A stretch of DNA of 32,000 nt from contig NZ_LT934425.1 of the NCBI RefSeq assembly GCF_900232105.1, positions 690,001 through 722,000 on the forward strand, in the 5' to 3' direction. Position numbers and translations under genes: made by a program. Under the pieces are notes generated by a model. The model had not been told where the DNA came from and ran no database searches. It saw only the letters and a list, made by a program, of their open reading frames with translations. Below, one piece after another: positions 28,723-32,000 of the stretch. Position 1 is the first letter of the stretch, and each line of letters begins with the position of its first letter. The stretch comes from Candidatus Kuenenia stuttgartensis. Lineage in GTDB: Bacteria > Planctomycetota > Brocadiia > Brocadiales > Brocadiaceae.

Positions 28723-28888
28723 AATAAATAGTCATAGTATTTCTGGAATCACATTTTATGTACCCCTTGAGTATAACTGATCCCATAATAGAAACTATCG
28801 TAAAATCTTACAATTACAGAAAAGATGATACAAGCGATGGAAATTATAAATGGATGCCGAAAAGTCCGCTTCGTCCCGGAGAAGAGAA

Positions 28889-28937
28889 ATATACTCAATC
28901 AGACTGAAACCACGGGTTTCAGTCTGATTGAGTATAT
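28889..28937. terminator. Perfect 23-bp hairpin, likely (bidirectional) terminator
   Basis: ATATACTCAATCAGACTGAAACC-acg-GGTTTCAGTCTGATTGAGTATAT between the plus-strand pseudogene and the end of minus-strand murD. Confidence 0.65.
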
Positions 28938-28943
28938 ATTTAG

Positions 28944-30323
28944 TCATAGTGACAACACCATATTTTTAAATTGTTTGCCGCGTTCTTCATAGTTATTAAA
29001 CATATCATAGCTAGCGCAGGCTGGTGAGAACAATAAAACGCCTCCCGGTGTTGTGAGGGTATTTGCTGTTTGAAAGGCGTCTTTTAAGGTATTTGCAACG
29101 CATACATGGGGGTATTCTTTTTCCCCCTTTTTTAGAGAAATAAGTTCCTCTATTTTGTTTGCAGTTTTTCCAATAAGAACAACAGCTTTACAGTAATTTG
29201 AACAAATTGCGGCAAATTCCTCAAAATCGCTTCCCTTATCGTATCCTCCAGCAATAAGCACAGAGTTCTTAAAACTCATAATTGCGGCAATTGCAGATTC
29301 GGGGGTGGTTGCTTTAGAATCATTATAATACCTGATGCCTTTTGCCTCTCTTACAAATTCCAAACGGTGTTCTAATCCACAAAAAGAAGTAACTGTTTTT
29401 TCAATGGTTTGTTTGTTTGCGCCGTGTAAATATGTTGCACACGATGCTGCAAGTACATTGTGGAGATTGTGGTCTCCAGGAAGTTTGATTTTTGAGACAC
29501 AGGGTATCGAAATGGTATTCCCATCTATGGAAATTACAATATGTTCGTTTTCACGAAATGCGCCATTTTCTACCGGTTGTTGTGTGCTGTACCACAAAAC
29601 ACGGCCATAACATTCTTTTCCCCATGTTCTCAGCTCCGTGTCATCGTAATTCAGAATGGCGGAATCACTCTGCTTCTGATGCAAGATAATATTCTTCTTT
29701 GCATGGATATAAGAATCAATGTCTTTATGCCTGTCCAGATGGTTGGGAGAAATATTTGTTACTATACTTATACAGGGACTCTTTTTAATTGAAGAGAGCG
29801 ATTCCAGTTGAAAACTGGATAGCTCCAGCACCACAATATCCGCCGGCTTCATTTCTTCGAGTTGCAGAAGCAGTGATTTACCGATGTTGCCTCCAACCCA
29901 TATTTTATTGGAGGTTTGTTGCAAAATGTCGCCAATCAGCGTGGTTGTGGTGGATTTCCCGTTGCTGCCGGTTACTCCAATGGTGAAAGCGGGACAAAGT
30001 TTAAAGAATATGTTCATTTCTGTGTCAATAGGAACACCGTTTTCCCTTGCAATTTGTATGAATTTTGAATCCCCGGGAACAGCAGGGCTGACGATGACCA
30101 TATCAGTATTGATAAAATCTACATCTCTGTGTTCGCCCAGCCGGTAAGTAATCTGCAGATTTTCAAGATGCCGCAGGGATTGTGAAAGATCTGTTTTACT
30201 CTTTATATCCGTTACCGTGACATGCGCCCCCTGCCTTGCAAGAAATTGTGTTATGCCAATGCCACCCCCAAATACACCGAGTCCCATAACGGTAACTCTT
30301 TTATTTTTAAATTCCATATACAT
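28944..30323 (-). CDS. murD: UDP-N-acetylmuramoylalanine--D-glutamate ligase
   Basis: FKNKRVTVMGLGVFGGGIGITQFLARQGAHVTVTD...FTIGVTGSNGKSTTTTLIGDIL...VTNISPNHLDRHKDIDSYIHAKKNI...GLEHRLEFV. Confidence 0.95.
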   Translation of the reverse strand: MYMEFKNKRVTVMGLGVFGGGIGITQFLARQGAHVTVTDIKSKTDLSQSLRHLENLQITYRLGEHRDVDFINTDMVIVSPAVPGDSKFIQIARENGVPIDTEMNIFFKLCPAFTIGVTGSNGKSTTTTLIGDILQQTSNKIWVGGNIGKSLLLQLEEMKPADIVVLELSSFQLESLSSIKKSPCISIVTNISPNHLDRHKDIDSYIHAKKNIILHQKQSDSAILNYDDTELRTWGKECYGRVLWYSTQQPVENGAFRENEHIVISIDGNTISIPCVSKIKLPGDHNLHNVLAASCATYLHGANKQTIEKTVTSFCGLEHRLEFVREAKGIRYYNDSKATTPESAIAAIMSFKNSVLIAGGYDKGSDFEEFAAICSNYCKAVVLIGKTANKIEELISLKKGEKEYPHVCVANTLKDAFQTANTLTTPGGVLLFSPACASYDMFNNYEERGKQFKNMVLSL

Positions 30324-30367
30324 TTCACTTGTTTTGTTTATTTCACTCAAAATTAAAAGGAGAAATC

Positions 30368-30427
30368 GTAACACTTTAGTTTTTTGAAAAATTCCAATAA
30401 TAGCGCTGTTTTCCGCACAATGTAGGG
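30368..30427 (+). repeat. Dispersed repeat, copy 2
   Basis: gtaacactttagttttttgaaaaattccaataatagcgctgttttccgcacaatgtaggg matches 22430-22490. Confidence 0.75.
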
Positions 30428-30578
30428 ACGATGGATTATGGATTACGGACTACGGACATCCTTCGTCTTTCGTCTCTAGCTCTTACGTTTTTCAAAAGAC
30501 GCAATTTAAATGATTTTTTTGCGATGCTTTTAACACTCCAACAGGCAGCGTAATGTCTGAATATAACCATTCAATGAT

Positions 30579-31157
30579 TTATTTGCAATAGTGGTGAAGC
30601 CGAAAACAATTGAATGCCTCTATTCCAACTTCTTTTTTTAATCCCGCCAAAATATCTTTCAGGATATCAGGCCCTGATGCATTGCCCCAGAAAATCTTGC
30701 TCTGTTTGGGAAATCCCTCTTCATCAACGGTAAGGGATAGCGTAATTAACGGACAATCATTACGACTCTCTTTTGCTACCCTCAAAATAGGTATTTGTTA
30801 AATCATATAAAATCACCATCTCTTTGAGGGAAAAATATCTCTCGCGCCCGCTTTGATAACCCTTGCTCTATGGCAACATGATTCTCCCACAGCAAAACTG
30901 CCGCGCGATGCAGCGCTTTATCATACAGTTTAACCCCGGAGTCTAACAGCTCTACCACCCCCGCTTGTTTCAGAAAGCCATCGCACGGTATCACGCTCGC
31001 TGCCAGGATGAACCATTCTCCCCACAATGAGCGTCTTGGAACAGGCAATTAGATCCTCTGTAAAATCAAGCCCTTGTAATATTTTATCAAACCCGTATTC
31101 ATTCATTTGGCTTATAGCCATATGCTCGGAGAAGGTAAAGATGTCTCCAAAAAGCAA
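30579..31157 (-). pseudogene. Frameshifted IS1634-like (IS4-group) transposase remnant
   Basis: Minus-strand pieces in order: MAISQMNEYGFDKILQGLDF...LIVGRMVHPGSERDTVRWLSE (30930-31157), VELLDSGVKLYDKALHRAAVLLWENHVAIEQGL (30803-31048 frame), DLTNTYFEG (30778-30804, third frame), CPLITLSLTVDEEGFPKQSKIFWGNASGPDIL (30579-30785 frame). Confidence 0.8.
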
Positions 31158-31265
31158 TCAATTCCCCGCTCAATTTAAGAAAAAAATCGCCGCTTAATTT
31201 TTAACAAAGTAATGTTTTAAAAAGAGAATTGACAAAGTTACAGCAAAAAATATAATGGTAAACAT

Positions 31266-31916
31266 ATGTCCACCAATGAAGAAAAATTAACGGATACTAT
31301 TTTAACCAAAAAACAGGCGGATTTTCTAGCCTTTTTAAAAGCATCTCTTCAGGAAAAAGGGTATCCACCTACGGTACGCGAGATTATGCGCGGGATGGAT
31401 CTTTCCAGCACCAATATCGTCAAAAAGTATCTTGACATCCTTGCCCGTAAAGGACACATCAAAAAACAATACAACAGTCCCAGGGCTATTGAAATTATAG
31501 AAGCCCCGGCCGGACATGCAGAAACGAATCTCATCCCCATTGTTGGAAGTGTCAAAGCAGGCGCTCCTCATCCGGCAATAGAAGATATTATGGGATATCT
31601 TGCAGTAGATAAAACAATCTGCCGTACCGGAGACGCATTTTTTTTGCGGGTTGAGGGAGACAGCATGATTAATGCTCATATACAGGAAGGCGACCTCGTA
31701 CTGGTGAGGCCGCAACCGGTTGCCAATAACAGGGAAATTGTGGTTGCCCTCATAAATGGTGAGGCCACGGTCAAAAGATTCTACAAGAAGGGAAATACGC
31801 TGGAATTGCACCCGGAACACCCAATGATGAAACCCATTGTGCTCCAGGGAGAACAAGATGAGGTTCGCATCATTGGCAAGGTTACTGCGGTGGTGCGGTT
31901 GTTAGAGAAGTTATAA
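31266..31916 (+). CDS. lexA: LexA repressor
   Basis: LTKKQADFLAFLKASLQEKGYPPTVREIMRGMDLSSTNIVKKYLDILARKGHIKK..., cleavage-region VKAG, FFLRVEGDSMINAHIQEGDLVLVR. Confidence 0.95.
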   Translation: MSTNEEKLTDTILTKKQADFLAFLKASLQEKGYPPTVREIMRGMDLSSTNIVKKYLDILARKGHIKKQYNSPRAIEIIEAPAGHAETNLIPIVGSVKAGAPHPAIEDIMGYLAVDKTICRTGDAFFLRVEGDSMINAHIQEGDLVLVRPQPVANNREIVVALINGEATVKRFYKKGNTLELHPEHPMMKPIVLQGEQDEVRIIGKVTAVVRLLEKL

Positions 31917-31941
31917 CAGTGATTTCCGGGGGGATGACGGT

Positions 31942-32000
31942 ATGATTACTGAAGTTCATGAAGCGATCAAAGTAGGGGCGATTTTTGGTGATAACAAAAA
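31942..32000 (+). CDS. Start of a truncated ORF (MITEVHEAIKVGAIFGDNK...)
   Basis: ATG 31942 downstream of GGGGGG-type purine-rich sequence, open to the window end. Too short to assign. Confidence 0.4.
   Translation, partial: MITEVHEAIKVGAIFGDNK

Noticed and set aside
1-32000. CRISPR arrays, retrons, tRNA/rRNA genes, phage or defence islands
   Set aside because: No regularly spaced repeats, msr/msd-like unit, tRNA-like cloverleaf or recognizable defence genes were found by reading the sequence. The only RT fragment is of group II intron type.

Overview
The window looks like a chromosomal segment of an anammox-type planctomycete (Kuenenia/Brocadia-like). That assignment is inference from gene content and sequence feel, not a database result. 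The first ~2.1 kb is accessory DNA. It holds a collapsed group II intron remnant (N-terminal maturase/RT fragment joined to domain V/VI), then a guanidine-II (mini-ykkC) riboswitch-like double ACGA hairpin directly ahead of a sugE/gdx exporter. A small TA-like pair follows, whose toxin has an in-frame stop, and then a small membrane protein. Each of these three modules is followed by an attC-like imperfect palindrome, so the block reads as a degraded integron cassette array (no integrase in the window). The rest is mostly housekeeping or regulatory: gapN-like ALDH, HigA-like regulator, RlmI-like methyltransferase, CsgG/FlgO-like lipoprotein, atypical RNase HII-like protein, asd, a REC-PAS-GAF-PAS-GGDEF-EAL protein, PilZ-like protein, TPR protein, gcvPA, carB, carA, ribBA, RNA-ligase-partner PIN protein, GlmU-like protein, GT39-family glycosyltransferase, murD, a decayed IS1634-like transposase and lexA. 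Several dispersed and nested repeats sit in the intergenic regions. The ORF track labels 9920..13129 as '+', but its protein reads from the minus strand. I found no CRISPR array and no convincing new defence operon. The most interesting part is the 1-2052 region.
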